The notes under the pieces are model-generated. The model made no database searches. It was not told the DNA's origin and saw nothing but the letters and a program-made list of their open reading frames with translations. Shown piece by piece: positions 34,837-48,092 of a stretch of 64,000 nt of DNA. The translations under genes were made by a program, and so were the position numbers. Numbering within the stretch: the stretch's first letter is position 1; each line of letters opens with the position of its first letter. Source of the stretch: Podarcis muralis. Lineage: Eukaryota. The stretch covers positions 8,494,001 through 8,558,000 of the forward strand of contig NC_135667.1 of assembly GCF_964188315.1 (NCBI RefSeq), given 5' to 3'.

Positions 34837-37800
34837 ATGCTGTGGCTGCTGATGTTATCTCTTCTCCCTCCTGCTGTGTGCAAAGTAGATACTCTTACGT
34901 GTCCCATGAATTATCCATTCCCTGCTCCACATCAGTGGTACCAACCGGGTGACCTCATCATTGGTGGCATTGCTTCTCAAGTCTATTATGTCTTCTATGA
35001 AGTTTTCTTCAAGGAGCACCCTTCACAGAATATGTTTGATGTTCCATAGTAAGAGCCTTTTCTGTCTTTGCATCATTCCAAATCTCCTTTGCTTTTGTGT
35101 CATGTTTCTTAGATTGCAAACCTGAAGATAGGGAGCATTTTATATATTTTTTCAGGTGCTGTGGGAGACATGTAGCTGAAGAGAGGCATTTAAAAAATGC
35201 TTGAATCAATACATCTACCATTCCTCAATGATTCATTCTTAATTATTAAGAGAAAATCTCTTGAACAAGCCCTGTGATTGCTGGTCTTCCTGATTTACTT
35301 TATAAAGGAACGTCCTTCATTTTGCCTAAATAAACAATTTTCCCCCTTTTGAAAAATAAAGAAAAGGACGTTAAAATATGTAACATTGGATAACTTTCAG
35401 GAGTATAGTAGACTGTATCCCAAGATTCCCACTGGGGAACCAAGAGCACTGAGAAGGTCAAGAAAGAGATTAATAGCAGGTGATTCAAAGTTTTAGGCAT
35501 CCCCTGAGAGAGCATAATTTTTATATGAAGTGCACTGAGTTTATTATCTTAGCAATATTAATGAAAATTAAAATAATTTTATGTTTATCTAAATCAATTT
35601 GAGCTAAAATGGCATTGTGGCATGTTGATTTCAAATTCCAAAGTTGTACATTAATCAACTTTGCTTGCAGTGTCCTAACAAAATTCTACCAGCACATTCT
35701 TGCCTTGGCATTTGGCGTAAAAGAGGTAAATGAGAACCCCAAGTTTTGTCCTAATATCACCCTCGGCTTCCACATCTATGATAGCTACTATGATGCCAGA
35801 ATGACCTATCGTACCACTCTTGACCTGCTCTTCAAATCACATAGATTTGTTCCCAACTACAAATGTGACACCCAGAAAAATCTGATAGCCATCATTGGGG
35901 GACTTAGCGCTGACACCTCCTTCCATATGGCTGACACAATCGGCCTCTACAAGATTCCACAGGTAGGATCTATGAAAGGGTATCTCAAAATAAACTCTTG
36001 CCTTACCTTTCTGGTTGTCATTATGAACTTTTGAAAGCGGAAGAGTTTATGACTGATATTTAAATCTGAAGTTGTTGTTGTTGTCTTGGTTATATGATGT
36101 GTTTTTATTTGACATTTTAATGCTGAGAACACCCTGAGTTATTTAGATGAAGGGCAATATAGAAATTAAACAAATAGATATATACATAAAGGTAAAGGTA
36201 AAAGGACCCCTGACCATTAGGTCCATTTGTGGCCGATTCTGGGGTTGTGGCGCTCATCTCGCTTTATGGCCGAGGTAGGCGGCGTACAGCATCCGGGTCA
36301 TGAGACAAGCATGACTAAGCCGCTTCTGGCAAAGCAGAGCAGCGCACGGAAATGCTGTTTATCTTCCCGCCGGAGCGGTACCCATTTATCTACTTGAACT
36401 TTTGATGTGCTTTCGAACTGCTAGGTTGGCAGGAGCAGGGACTGAGCAACGGGAGCTCACCCCGTCACAGGGATTTGAACCACCAACCTTCTGATTAGCA
36501 AGTCCTAGGCTCTGTGGTTTAACCCACAGCGCCACCCACTTCCCAAAATACATACATACTTGGATTTAATTCATAAGTTGCTTAAACAAGTGTTTCTTGA
36601 ATAAACAGGCATCTGCTGCTAACCAATCTCTTTAATGTATGTACATTTTCTTTTAGCTTACATATGGATCATTTCCCCCAGACAAAAATTATGGAAGCCA
36701 AGTACCTTCATTTTACCGCATGGTGCCCAATGAAGCCCATCAGCATATGGGTATTATCAGTTTGATTAAGCATTTCGGATGGACGTGGGTCGGGCTCTTC
36801 AGTGTCGATGATAATAGTGGAGAACATTTCTTGCAGACCCTGGAGCCATTACTTTCCCATAATGGAATCTGTTTAGCCTTCACACAAAGAATCCCACAAG
36901 TAGCCCGTTTTGATAACTGGGTTGAACTTCATGATATAGGCTTAAATATTTATGTTCATTTAAAAGATGACAAAGCCAATGCTTTTATGATGTATGGAGA
37001 ATCTATGATGATTATATGGCTCAGAACTATTCTATTTCTAAGCGATCCTGAAAATAGGGAAATCTCATCATTTAAAAAGGTGTGGATTATAACAACTCAG
37101 ATTGATTTCATATTAACAGGATCCCAAAGGAGTTGGGGCCTTCAGATCTTCCAAGGCGCTATTTCCTTCACAATTCATTCACAAAATCTCCCACAGTTTC
37201 AAGAATTTCTTCAGGGAATAAAACTTCACTGGACACAGGGAGATGGGTTTTTCAAGGACTTCTGGGAGCAAGCATTTGATTGTACATTTCCAAATCCCAG
37301 TGTGCCAACAGAGGTCAGTGACATGTGCACTGGGGAGGAGAGCTTGCAGAGTCTTCCAGGGTCTCTATTTGAAATGAGCATGACTGGCCACAGCTACAGT
37401 ATCTACAAGGCTGTTTACGTTGTGGCTCATGTTTTGCAAGGCATATATTTGACTAATTTCAAGAAAAGAGCAATAGGAAACATTGGAGTATTAAAATTTC
37501 AAGATCTACAGCCTTGGCAGGTAATGCATTGCAATTGAAGAGTATCAAAATATCGTACAATTTCAATGAACAGATTAGTAAAAAGTAAAAGGTTGATCAA
37601 AATTGTCATTCACAAGAAGCTGCTGAAATGCCATTATGGGTCTCATTCATCGAAGAATATTTAATATCAAGCAGCTGATTAATGCTGCGTCTTTGTTAGA
37701 AGAACTTATATAAGTATAGGTAAATAATATTCCTTAAGAATGTTGGTAGAAAATCATGGCATTTTATCAAAAGCTCCATTGCATTATTTTCCTTTCATGT

Positions 37801-40800
37801 ATTTTGTCTCTTTCCTTAGCTGCACCATTTTTTGCATGACATTTCATTTAACAACTCAGCTGGAGAAACAGTATTATTTACTGATAACAGAGAAATGCGA
37901 GGTGGATTTGACATTATGAACATGATCGCCTTCCCAAATAAGTCCTTCATTCAACTGAAAATAGGATCGGTGAATCCCTATGCACTTGATGGAAAAGAAT
38001 TCATCATTAACGAGGACATGATTATGTGGCACGAAGGTTTTAACCAGGTCTGGTCTGAGGAGTATTCCTCCTCTTCCTCCTCCTCCTTCGTTTTCATAAT
38101 ATATTTTTTTTCAATTGCAATTGATTAATAGCCTCATTATAACATTTTTTATTGGTTTTTTACACATATAAAAACAATACAAAACAAAACACATACATCA
38201 AAAACACACAACAAAAATTTAACTTCCCCATACCTTCCTTTCACCACATCCTTGTTTTAACATTTTTTCAGCAACCCTTCAGTCGATTTTAACTCAAATC
38301 TCTTTTCGATTTACATAAGGTTTACCCTTTACAGCTGTAATTCTCGGTTTCTTACCCCTAACATCTTAACAGTCCTCAATTTTACAATAGTTCTTAAGAT
38401 ATATTTTAAATTTTCTCCAGTCCTCCTCCACTGTCTCTTTCCTCTGGTCACGGATTCTGCCGGTCATCTCTGCCAGTCCCATGTATTCCGTCACCTTCGT
38501 CTGCCATTCTTCCAGAGAGGGTAGTTCTTGCATCTTCCAATACTTTGCTAGTAAGATTCTTGCTGCTGTGGTTGCATACATAAAAAAATTCTTATCCTTC
38601 TTTGGTACCAATTGGCCGACCATGCCCAAGAGAAAAGCCTCCGGTTTCTTAGCAAATGTCCATTTAAGGACTTTCTTAATTTCATTATAGATCATTTCCC
38701 AGTAGGCCTTAATCTTTGGGCAGGTCCACCAAAGATGATAGAATGTACCTTCAGTCTCGTTACATTTCCAACATTTATTATTGGGCAAATGATAGATCTT
38801 TGCCAGCTTGACTGGGGTCATGTACCACCTATAGATCATTTTCATTATATTCTCTTTCAAGGCACTACATGCCGTAAATTTAATACCGGTGGTCCATAAC
38901 TGTTCCCAGTCAGCAGCCGCAATATCATGACCTATATCCTGTGCCCATTTAATCATGACTGATCTCACCGTTTCGTCCTGTGTATTCCATTTCAGCAGCA
39001 AATTATACATTTTAGATAAGTTCTTAGTATTGGGTTCTAGCAATTCTGTTTTTAACTTTGACCTCTCCTCCTGAAAGCCAAGTTTCCTGTCCTGCTTAAA
39101 TGTCTCATTTATCTGACGATAATGTAACCAGTCTCGAACTTTATGCTTTAGCTTCTCAAAACTTTGAAGCTTCAATGTTTCACCTTCTTGTTCTAAAATT
39201 TCAGAATATTTAGGCCAATTTGAGTCCATGTTAAGTTTTTTCACTTCCTTAGCTTCCATTGGTGATAGCCACCTGGGGGTTTTACTTTCCAATAGATCTT
39301 TATATCTATTCCAAACATTGTACAATGCTTTCCTGACTATATGGTTTTTAAAGCTTTTATGCACCTTTACCTTGTCATACCACAAATATGCATGCCAACC
39401 AAATTTGTTATCATATCCCTCCAGGTCCAAAATGTCTGTATCCTCCAGAAGTAGCCATTGCTTCAGCCAGCAAAACGCTGCTGATTCATAATAAAGTCTT
39501 AAGTCTGGCAGGGCGAAGCCCCCTCTGTCTTTCGCATCGGTTAAAGTCTTAAATTTTATTCTGGGCTTTTTGCCCTGCCAGACAAATTTAGATATATCCT
39601 ACTGCCACTTCTTGAAGCAGTCCATTTTGTCCAGGATTTGCAACGTCTGAAACAAAAACAACATTCTCGGCAGTACATTCATCTTAATAACAGCAATTCG
39701 GCCTAACAAGGAAAGTTTCAGCCTAGACCATATATCTAGATCTTTCTTCACTTCTAACCAACATTTCTCATAGTTATCTTTAAATAAGTTCACATTCTTA
39801 GATGTTAAGTTTACCCCCAGGTACTTAACCTTTTTTGCTATTTCCAATCCTGTTTCACTTTGAAACCTAACCTTTTCTTCATTTGTTAGATTTTTTTCCA
39901 ACACCTTTGTTTTCTGTTTGTTTAGTTTAAATCCTGCCACCCGACCAAATATCTCAATCAATTCTAAGACTCTTTTGGTGCTAGCTTCTGGCTGTTGCAA
40001 GGTTAACACTAAATCGTCTGCAAATGCCCTTAATTTATATTGTTTGGCTCCGACCTGTATTCCCTCTACCAGCTGGTCCTTTCTGATCATATTTAACAAA
40101 ACCTCCAGGACGGATATAAAAAGTAGAGGGGATATAGGACATCCCTGTCGTGTACCCTTCTCTATTGGTATTTCATCCATTACCACGTTGTTAACAATTA
40201 ATTTTGCTCTTTGCTCAGAATATATTGCACCTATACCATTTTCAAACCCTTGGCCTACCCCCATCCCATGGAGATTCTTCTTCATAAACTTCCAAGAAAT
40301 ATTGTCAAAGGCTTTCTCCGCATCCACAAAGATCAAAACTGCTTTTCTATTAATGTCCACTTCCAACAACTCCAAAATGTCTATAATGTTCCTCACATTA
40401 TCTGACATATATCTCCCTGGGAGAAAGCCTGTTTGATTTTTATGAATCTCCTCTACCAGTACTCTCTTGAATCTTTTTGCCAAAACGTCTGCAACGATTT
40501 TGTAATCCACATTCAAGAGTGATATAGGGCGGTAGTTCCTAACTTGATGTTTCTCAGTTTCTGTCTTCGGTATAAGTGAGATAAATGCTTCTTTCCACGA
40601 TTCGGGAGCCTTTTCCCCCTCTAATATTTCATTACATACTTCCTTCAATGGTTGTATTAACCATTCCTTAAGTGCTTTGTAGTATTTCGCAGTCAAACCG
40701 TCTGGTCCTGGTGATTTCCCCACTTTCATGTTCTGAATGACACCCTCTATTTCTTGTTCTGTAATTTTTTCATTTAAAATTCTTTTGCTTTGTTCTGAGA

Positions 40801-43800
40801 TCTTTGGTAATCCATGTTTTTTAACAAATTCCTCTATTTCTTGTTCGTTTATAGGCCCTTGCGCATACAGTCTTTTAAAGAAACTTTGAAAGCAGTTGCT
40901 TATCTCATTTGGCTTGTTAATGACTTTCCCATCCATTTCCAAAAATGACACAGTGTTTAACTTTTGTCTCTTCTTCAGTTGCCATGACAGTAGTTTCCCA
41001 CATTTGTCTGCCGATTCAAATGTCTTTTGCCTCATTTGCTTTATCTTCCATTCTATTTCTTGATTTGTCAACTCCATATATTGCGTCTGATAATATTTTA
41101 TTTCTCTTAAAATCTCATGAGACTTTGGTTTAGATCTCAATTTCTTCTCACCTTCTTTTATTTGTTTCAATGTCTTTTCCTTCCTTTCATTTTGTTTTTT
41201 CCTCTTTATAGAATTCTGCTGAATTAGGAAACCACGCATCACGGCCTTGCTTGCGTCCCATACTATTCTTTTTTCCACCTCTGTTCTCAAATTTATCTCA
41301 AAATAGTCCTTCAGTTTCCTTTGGGCCTTTTGGTAAATTTCCTCATCTCTAAATAGGGTGTCATTCATCCTCCATCTGAAGGTTCCAGCCGTTGTTAATT
41401 TCATTTCCATCTTTACTGCATTATGGTCGGAGCAGGTTTTTGGGCAGATTTCAGTTCTTTTCACTCTTGGTGCCAGATTGCTAGAAATCCAGATTTGATC
41501 AATTCGGGTCCAGGTCATTTTTGCTTCGGAGAAAAAGGTTCCCTCTCTTTCCAAAGGGTTCCTTGTCCTCCAAATATCAATCAAGTCCATGGTATCAGTC
41601 AGTTCGAAAAAAGTCTTTGGTAGTCTCCCGTCTTTAGATATTACTTGTCTTTGTGCTTTGTCCATGTTTGTGGAGACAACTCCATTCATGTCTCCCATCA
41701 AAATGATTTTAAAGTCCATATAGTCCATTAAAGTCTCATGCAACTTCTTGAAGAACTCGGCCTTCCCCTCGTTGGGTGCATAGACTCCCACAATTAACGT
41801 CTTTTCTCCTTGGATTTGAATTTCTACTGCCAGATATCTTCCTTCATCATCCTTAAAAGTCATTTTTGGTTCCCATTTCTCCTTGACGTAGATCACCACT
41901 CCTCTTTTCTTGACTTTATCTGAAGAAACAAATTCCAGTCCTAATCTTTTATTTATCAAGAATTTTCTATGTGTCCTGACAATATGCGTTTCTTGCAAAC
42001 AGATTATATCCAAGTGTTCTTTCTTTAATATATGATAAACTTGATCTCTTTTTCGGGGATGGTTTAGGCCATTACAATTCCAACTCAAGAGTTGCAGAGA
42101 CATTTTTGCTACTGGGTAGTTTTCCCGCCGACTGCTCCAAGTTCTTGTTCCTCGTCTGTCGGTGCTGGGTTCAGTCCAAAGGATAAGTTTGCAATATCCA
42201 CTATTTCCCTCTCTCTCACAGTTCCTTTCTGGAAATCCTCAAAGTTTCTTTCCAAAAAATATTCTTTATCTTGGATTGTTTTTATTTTGATTTTCTTCCC
42301 TTTGAAGTTAAAGGACAGCCCTTGTGGGAATTCCCACCTGAATTGGATGTTATTTTGTTTCAATAAGTCAACTAAGTCCTTAAATTGTGTTCTCACCTCC
42401 AAAAAGTATCTGGGGATATCTTTAAAAATCTGTATTTGGGCGTTTTTAATAACCAGTGCCTTCTGGAAATGGAGGTTCAGTAATTTGTCTCTTTCTTCCT
42501 TAGTTCTCAAGGTAATTAAACAGTCCCTTGGTTTCTTACCTTGCTTCCTGCCAATCCGAAAGGCTGTGGTTATTGCAAATTCGTCTTCCTCCTCTAATTC
42601 ATCACTCCAAAATTCTTGAAACTTATCTGTGAGAAATTCCCCAAGCTTGTCCTCTTCCTCCTCCGGTACCAGTCTCAATTTCAGATTCTTACTTTTCCTT
42701 TCCAGTTCCATGAGAGCCAAGGCTGCATCATGTTCATCCACCTTTTTTGCAATAGGAACAAATTTCCCTTTAGTTTCTTCGGCAGTACTCTTTGCACTCT
42801 CGGCTATTTGCCTTGTTTCTGTAGATTCCTGAACTAAGCGATTTATAGACTCCGTATTAGACGATATTGCCGCTGTGTTCAAATCCAATCTCGTTGTCAG
42901 TTCTGTCAGTTTTTTAGAATTCTCTGTAGACTGCTTAGTGAGTGCTTCTAAAGATTCATTTATCCTGAGCAAAGCCTGTGTCATAGAATCCATTGATGCT
43001 GTTGTTGCTTTTTCCTGTGCGGCTAATGCTCCTGATAAAGAGCCTCTTTTCTTTTGAGCCTGCTTTGTTTTAGATCTTGTTCCTATTTCATCCAATGGGC
43101 CACTCATATCTCAAGGTCGTTCCCACAGGAATAGTTGCAAGTGGAAAATCCCACAGTTTCTGTCTCAATAGAACAGTCTCTCTTTCAGTCCTCTAGAGGG
43201 AGTACATTGTATCCAATACAAGAACAAAGAAACAGGAAGAGAAATGGCTATACAAAGTTCCAAAAGTGAAAGTCCAAAAGAGACCCTACTTTGTTGCAAT
43301 TTCAGGTCTTACAGTTTTTGTCCCCTAAAGCTTGGTTATTTTATTTCAGAAAAGTCATATTTGTATCCACAATACGGTTTGACAGCTCAGTTCCAGGCAC
43401 TCTCTGCTCCGGCAGCCTGGCCAGAGGTCTCGGCAGTGGAGGTTTCCCGTTCAAAGCTCCTTTCTTTTTAACAGATAGATTTAAGTCAAATCTCTTCCCC
43501 CCCTTTCCTGCCCTTTGGGGGGGAGGTCCTCTTTTGATGTTAGGTTTAACAGGGTCTAAAAACAAAGTACGTTCCCTTTAAGCACAGCTTGCTCTTTCGT
43601 TGCTGTGTCGGTCATGCAGTTCCGGGAGGCAGACTTCCTTAATTTTTGCCTATCCCGTTTTCAGCCAAATCTTCTTAATTTTTAAAGTCCCATTCACTTT
43701 ATTAGTCGTTCTTACTCACGGGTAATATTGCCAATCAGTAGTTTCAGGAAGGAATCGGCGCTCTCCGTCAATGGCGACGCGGCTTCGCTCCGCGGGCTGG

Positions 43801-46800
43801 GTTGCGATCCTCAGCACCGCGCTCACACCCGATGCCGCTCCGGAGCCTTTAAAAAGGCTCTTTCGCGATACCGGGGGGCGCAATGGTGCCCACCGAATCT
43901 CCTTGCTCACAGGCTTCAGCGCCTGTGATTTTAGGGGTCCCCCGCTCGCCGTAGCGGGTCAGACCCGAACTCGCGGAGCAGTCCTGCCTCGGAGCTCGAG
44001 GCAAGGACTGCCATTAACGCTGGCGCCGACCGGAAGTAGCCTCATTATAACAGTACCAATTTATAATACAATTATTAATACCAATTGTTCAAATACTGAA
44101 TTATATAATTTAGATAAAATGGCCCCCGCGTACTAGATTTGATCAATTGTTTATTTGCTTAATTTCTGCATTCAAAATCTTATTGATTTCCATTACATTC
44201 TAGTCATAACAATAATCCCTTATACAACAACTGCAATATTAATAACTTCTATGGTATTTGTGTTGACACATTAAGTGATTTATAAAACTACAAGTGAGGA
44301 ACTCAAACTATATCCTTGTTCTTCCTGTGTGTGGCAATTATTCTGTCCATGGTGTTTCTTCCTTTCCTTGTAGGATGTTATATCTTTCTTTCCCCCGGTT
44401 GTTGCTGTTATCCATCATGCCTTGGCCGGAGCTGATATCCCATTGTTGTTCCAGAATTTTCTCCACTGCTCTGTCCCATGCTTCGTTATTTTGCAACTTT
44501 AACAACAGCTGTCCCAATAAATAAACACTCAGTCCCAATAAATAACCCATTTTCACCATTTTCCATCTCAGTCTGGTTAGAAGTGTGGTCTGTCAAACTG
44601 CAGACGACTCAATAAAAAACCATAACAGTTAACAGGCTCCTTTCATCCTTCCTTCCAACTGAAAATATATGAGCAATTATACATCCAATTAAATTAAATT
44701 CCAGGTCTTCCTAGTGCTATTCAGTTCACTCCATAAATAATAAAGGATGGGGGAAAGTCAGCTCAAAGTTTCCATTGTAAACCTTTTGCAAAATAGAGCT
44801 TCCCTCCCTTTTTCCTTTCTTTACACACACATTTCCGTTTGATGTTATATTTCATATTTATAATCCAATTTCTTCAATCCTTGCTTGTAAAAATATAATT
44901 TGAACTAACATTCACAGGAGGGTTGTCAAATCATGAATTTAGAGAATAATACTTTAAATAAAGAAACCATAGACTCCCCACCCCACACCGTGTTTTGCAC
45001 CAAATGAAATTTTATCTCAAATTCAAACCTGAAAGTCCTCGCAGTTGGTTTTGTTCCACAGTTTGCGGGTGCCCTTACTTTAGTCCAATTAAACTCTAGT
45101 TAACAGGAAACCGTCTGCTTCTTAATGGCGACCTTGGAGTGTTGTCAGCAGGTGAAATGCTTTTGCACTCAGCGCCTCACTGCCCCCTCGCATTCCATGC
45201 CGGAGCGAGAGCAAGTGAAGCCCATTCTCCCCTCTTCCTGAGGGGAACTCGCAAGGATAATTACTCTCAATCATCCTTGTTTATCCTTCACCATGATCTC
45301 CCGCTGTTGTGGTGTCTGCCTCCATTAAGGGAGAGTGGAATCAGAAGCCAAGAGTATTTATTCTTCAGATGGGTCATTCAGGTGTCCCGGAATAACCATC
45401 AATGATCTTCTTCATAAACTCATGGAAGTAAACTGGATATCTAACTGGATGCAATTATAAACTTCCAAAACAAACCTAATGTTTTTGTTTTAATAATGTT
45501 TTAAAACTATTTACTATGCCACATTTATATACGGCAAGGCTCAGATGATACAAATTAAAAAACTGAGGTGAAAATAGGTGGTTCTCTTTTAAATGGTAAG
45601 TGGGCATAGCACTTTTGAAGGGCACATGTTTTTATATTTAAGTTGTGATGTAACTTTCCAATGGTTTGACTTCACCCTGAAGGTCCCCTCTTCCATTGTC
45701 TCCTGAGACAGATCAGGGCTGACAAAACCCTAACCATTTCTGTATTCCTAAAGTGTTATTACCACTCCCCACATCTGATTCAGAAAAGTTAAAGTTAGGA
45801 CAGAGGCCCTTGTTTAATTCATATCTTCTTCCTTGCCTTTTTCTGGTCCCTAATTCAAATTGGCCAATGGCTAATCTGATTTCCTGTGCAAATATATATG
45901 GGATGAGAAGTTTACTTTCTTTTTTGAAGTTCAACAGATGAATTCCTTCTCTCTCTCTCTCCCCCCCCCCCAGCACTTTCCCCTTCTGAAACAGTTTTCT
46001 GTTTATTTTGAAGATTTATTTTGAACCTCAGCCAAAACTCTTCCTGCTGGGTCTTATGGATATAGTTAGAAAATGACTATGGAACTTTGCTACAATATAT
46101 GATTACAGCTGCAAGACTTTTATATGGGCAAAGATGGAAGGATCCATTATTCTAACAATGAAAATAAAACTAAAGGACTTAGCAAAGATGGCAAATCTGA
46201 CATGTTTATTCAGAGAAAAGTCATTGTTAACATTTGCTAAAGAATGGAAACCTCTCATAGACGTTTTGCGTGAAAAACAAAATAATAATAATAATGACAT
46301 TTGCATTTGAGGATTGAAGATAATGTTTTTGTATACAAAGTGGCTTTCTGGGTGTTATATTGGAGTATTTATTTTATAGCGGACAGAGGAAAAATCAGAA
46401 TTCCCTTACCTTCTGAATTTTATTTCTCTCTCTTGTTTAACCTCTTTTCTATTTTTTCCCTTTGTTTCTCTCTCTTTCTTTATTCCTTTCTTCCTCCCAC
46501 ATCTCTTTATGTTTTTATTGTATTCAGATCAAAGTCTTAGTTTGGACAAAAAAGAGAGGGAAAATATTTGATATTAAGTTTTGTATTTTTATCTATAAAC
46601 CCTAATAAAAGTTTATTCAACAGCCCCTCTCCCCAAAATGAAACACTTTCCTGTTGACAGGTGGTGCCCATTTCTGTGTGCAATGACTACTGTTACCCTG
46701 GTAATCAGAAGAAAAGGAAGGAAGGGCACAAATTTTGTTGCTATGATTGTGTTCCATGTCCAGAAGGGAAGATTTCAAACCAGAATGGTAAATGACATTT

Positions 46801-48028
46801 TATTACAATAATAGTAATGATTAATGAGTCACATTGATTTATAAGAATTTAAATACTGTACTATCCTCCTTAGAGTGGCATGAACATTTTGTATGCTGTC
46901 TTCCAGTAACGTCTGATAAAAACTTTCAAAAATAACTATTAATTAAATTGTTTTAAACAAAACAATCATAAATTAAGCTCAAAAGGTAATTCAGATATTA
47001 CATGACTACTAACTAGCTAAATTTCTGAAGATTGAAATAAACAGGAATGATAAATTTTACGTAAGCGGCAAAGGACACAAATGGAATATCATTGGAATAT
47101 GATCATATGAATTGACAATTTTTCAGACATGACTGACTGCTTCAGATGCCCAGAAGATCAGTATGTGAACAAGAAGAAAAATAGATGCATTCCCAAATTA
47201 AAAACCTTTCTTTCTTATAAGGATCCTGTAGGGATCAGCTTAACCACAGTTGCAGCTGCTTTTTCCCTGATCACAATGTTGGTGCTGGGAACTTTTATCC
47301 AACACAAAGACACTCCCATTGTCAAAGCCAACAACAGGGATCTCACCTACGCTCTCCTCATTGCCCTTCTACTCTGCTTCCTCTCATCCTTTCTATTCAT
47401 TGGACACCCTGGCAAAGTGACCTGTCTTCTTCGACAACCAACTTTTGGCATCATCTTCTCCGTGGCTGTTTCTTGTGTGTTGGCCAAAACCATCACTGTA
47501 GTTGCAGCTTTCATGGCCACCAAGCCTGGTTCCAGTATGAGGAAATGGATAGGAAAAAGACTGACCAACACCATTGTCCTTTCCTGCTCCCTCATTCAAG
47601 TGAGCATTTGTAGTGGCTGGCTGATGATCTCTCCCCCGTTCCCTGCTGTAGACATGCACTCTCTAACAGAAGAAACCATTGTGCAATGTAATGAAGGCTC
47701 AGTGGCCATGTTTTACTGTGTCTTGGGCTACATGGGCCTCCTGGCCATTGCCAGCTTCATTGTGGCATTTGCAGCTCGCAAACTACCAGACAGTTTCAAT
47801 GAAGCCAAGTTCATTACCTTCAGCATGTTGCTGTTCTGCAGTGTTTGGCTGTCTTTTGTCCCAACATACCTGAGCACCAAAGGGAAATCCATGGTGGTGG
47901 TGGAGATCTTCTCCATCTTGTCCTCCAGTGCTGGATTGTTGGTCTGCATATTTGTCCCTAAATGGTACATCATTGTTCTGAAGCCTGAGCTGAACAACAG
48001 GGAGCAACTAATAAAGAGAAAGATGTAA
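34837..48028 (+). CDS. V2R gene D, complete, 874 aa. Exons 34837-35048, 35671-35962, 36657-37520, 37820-38047, 46661-46787, 47127-48028; intron 4 is 8.6 kb
   Basis: Conserved motifs, GT-AG junctions and an open 2625-nt frame. The link across intron 4 is supported by TSDs that restore a normal intron when the inserts are removed. Confidence 0.88.
36187..36544 (-). mobile_element. Full-length Sauria-type SINE in intron 2 of D
   Basis: Reverse complement of the GGGA..GGGTGGCGCTGTGGGTTAAACC head with the (TTTACC)n tail. Short ATACATA repeat in both flanks. Confidence 0.9.
38366..42103 (-). pseudogene. L1 ORF2 (APE endonuclease, reverse transcriptase, CCHC knuckle), 1245 codons with one in-frame TAG at 39599-39601
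   Basis: SWNCNGL, LQETH, VYAPN, GDMN, RIDQIW, SDHN; [41 protein letters not shown]; CWKC...HLWWTC. The 834-aa and 354-aa ORFs are in the same frame and the gap between them translates without another stop. Confidence 0.95.
42109..43107 (-). CDS. L1 ORF1 RNA-binding protein, 332 aa, intact
   Basis: Heptad coiled-coil stretch followed by [18 protein letters not shown]...[14 protein letters not shown] and [11 protein letters not shown], matching L1 ORF1p architecture. Confidence 0.9.
   Translation of the reverse strand: MSGPLDEIGTRSKTKQAQKKRGSLSGALAAQEKATTASMDSMTQALLRINESLEALTKQSTENSKKLTELTTRLDLNTAAISSNTESINRLVQESTETRQIAESAKSTAEETKGKFVPIAKKVDEHDAALALMELERKSKNLKLRLVPEEEEDKLGEFLTDKFQEFWSDELEEEDEFAITTAFRIGRKQGKKPRDCLITLRTKEERDKLLNLHFQKALVIKNAQIQIFKDIPRYFLEVRTQFKDLVDLLKQNNIQFRWEFPQGLSFNFKGKKIKIKTIQDKEYFLERNFEDFQKGTVREREIVDIANLSFGLNPAPTDEEQELGAVGGKTTQ
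46032..46620 (+). mobile_element. Old L1 3' remnant in intron 4 of D
   Basis: Paralogue of the remnants in A-C; retains AATAAA at 46604-46609. Confidence 0.75.
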
Positions 48029-48092
48029 ATTGTACCTTATTTTTTTATTTGGTTGTACTGTTATAAAGGAGTTTGGTATAAAGTTGTTACTA

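Larger units (their letters stand above)
38145..44036 (-). mobile_element. Full-length L1-clade LINE (~5.9 kb), antisense in intron 4 of D
   Basis: 16-bp TSD TAGCCTCATTATAACA at 38129-38144 and 44037-44052. CpG-rich 5'UTR starting (A)CTTCCGG; ORF1, 5-nt spacer, ORF2; AATAAA plus short A tail at 38145-38153. Confidence 0.97.
38067..45351. mobile_element. Unclassified ~1.38-kb insertion (38067-38144 plus 44053-45351) interrupted by the L1
   Basis: 7-bp direct repeat GAGTATT at 38060-38066 and 45352-45358. Host intron 4 sequence (CTTCAGATGGGTCATTCAGG) resumes after it. No homology elsewhere in the window. Confidence 0.6.

Noticed and set aside
39431-39601. Three-ORF LINE, or programmed readthrough/frameshift in ORF2
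   Set aside because: Both parts are in one frame and the gap encodes normal L1 ORF2 sequence (F-WQGKKPRI...GG-ALPD-RLYY). A single nonsense mutation is the simplest explanation.
43244-44136. Plus-strand ORFs in the L1 5'UTR as an ORF0-like antisense gene
   Set aside because: GC-rich sequence yields such ORFs by chance. The 121-aa ORF runs out of the element into flanking DNA, and no second copy is available to test conservation.
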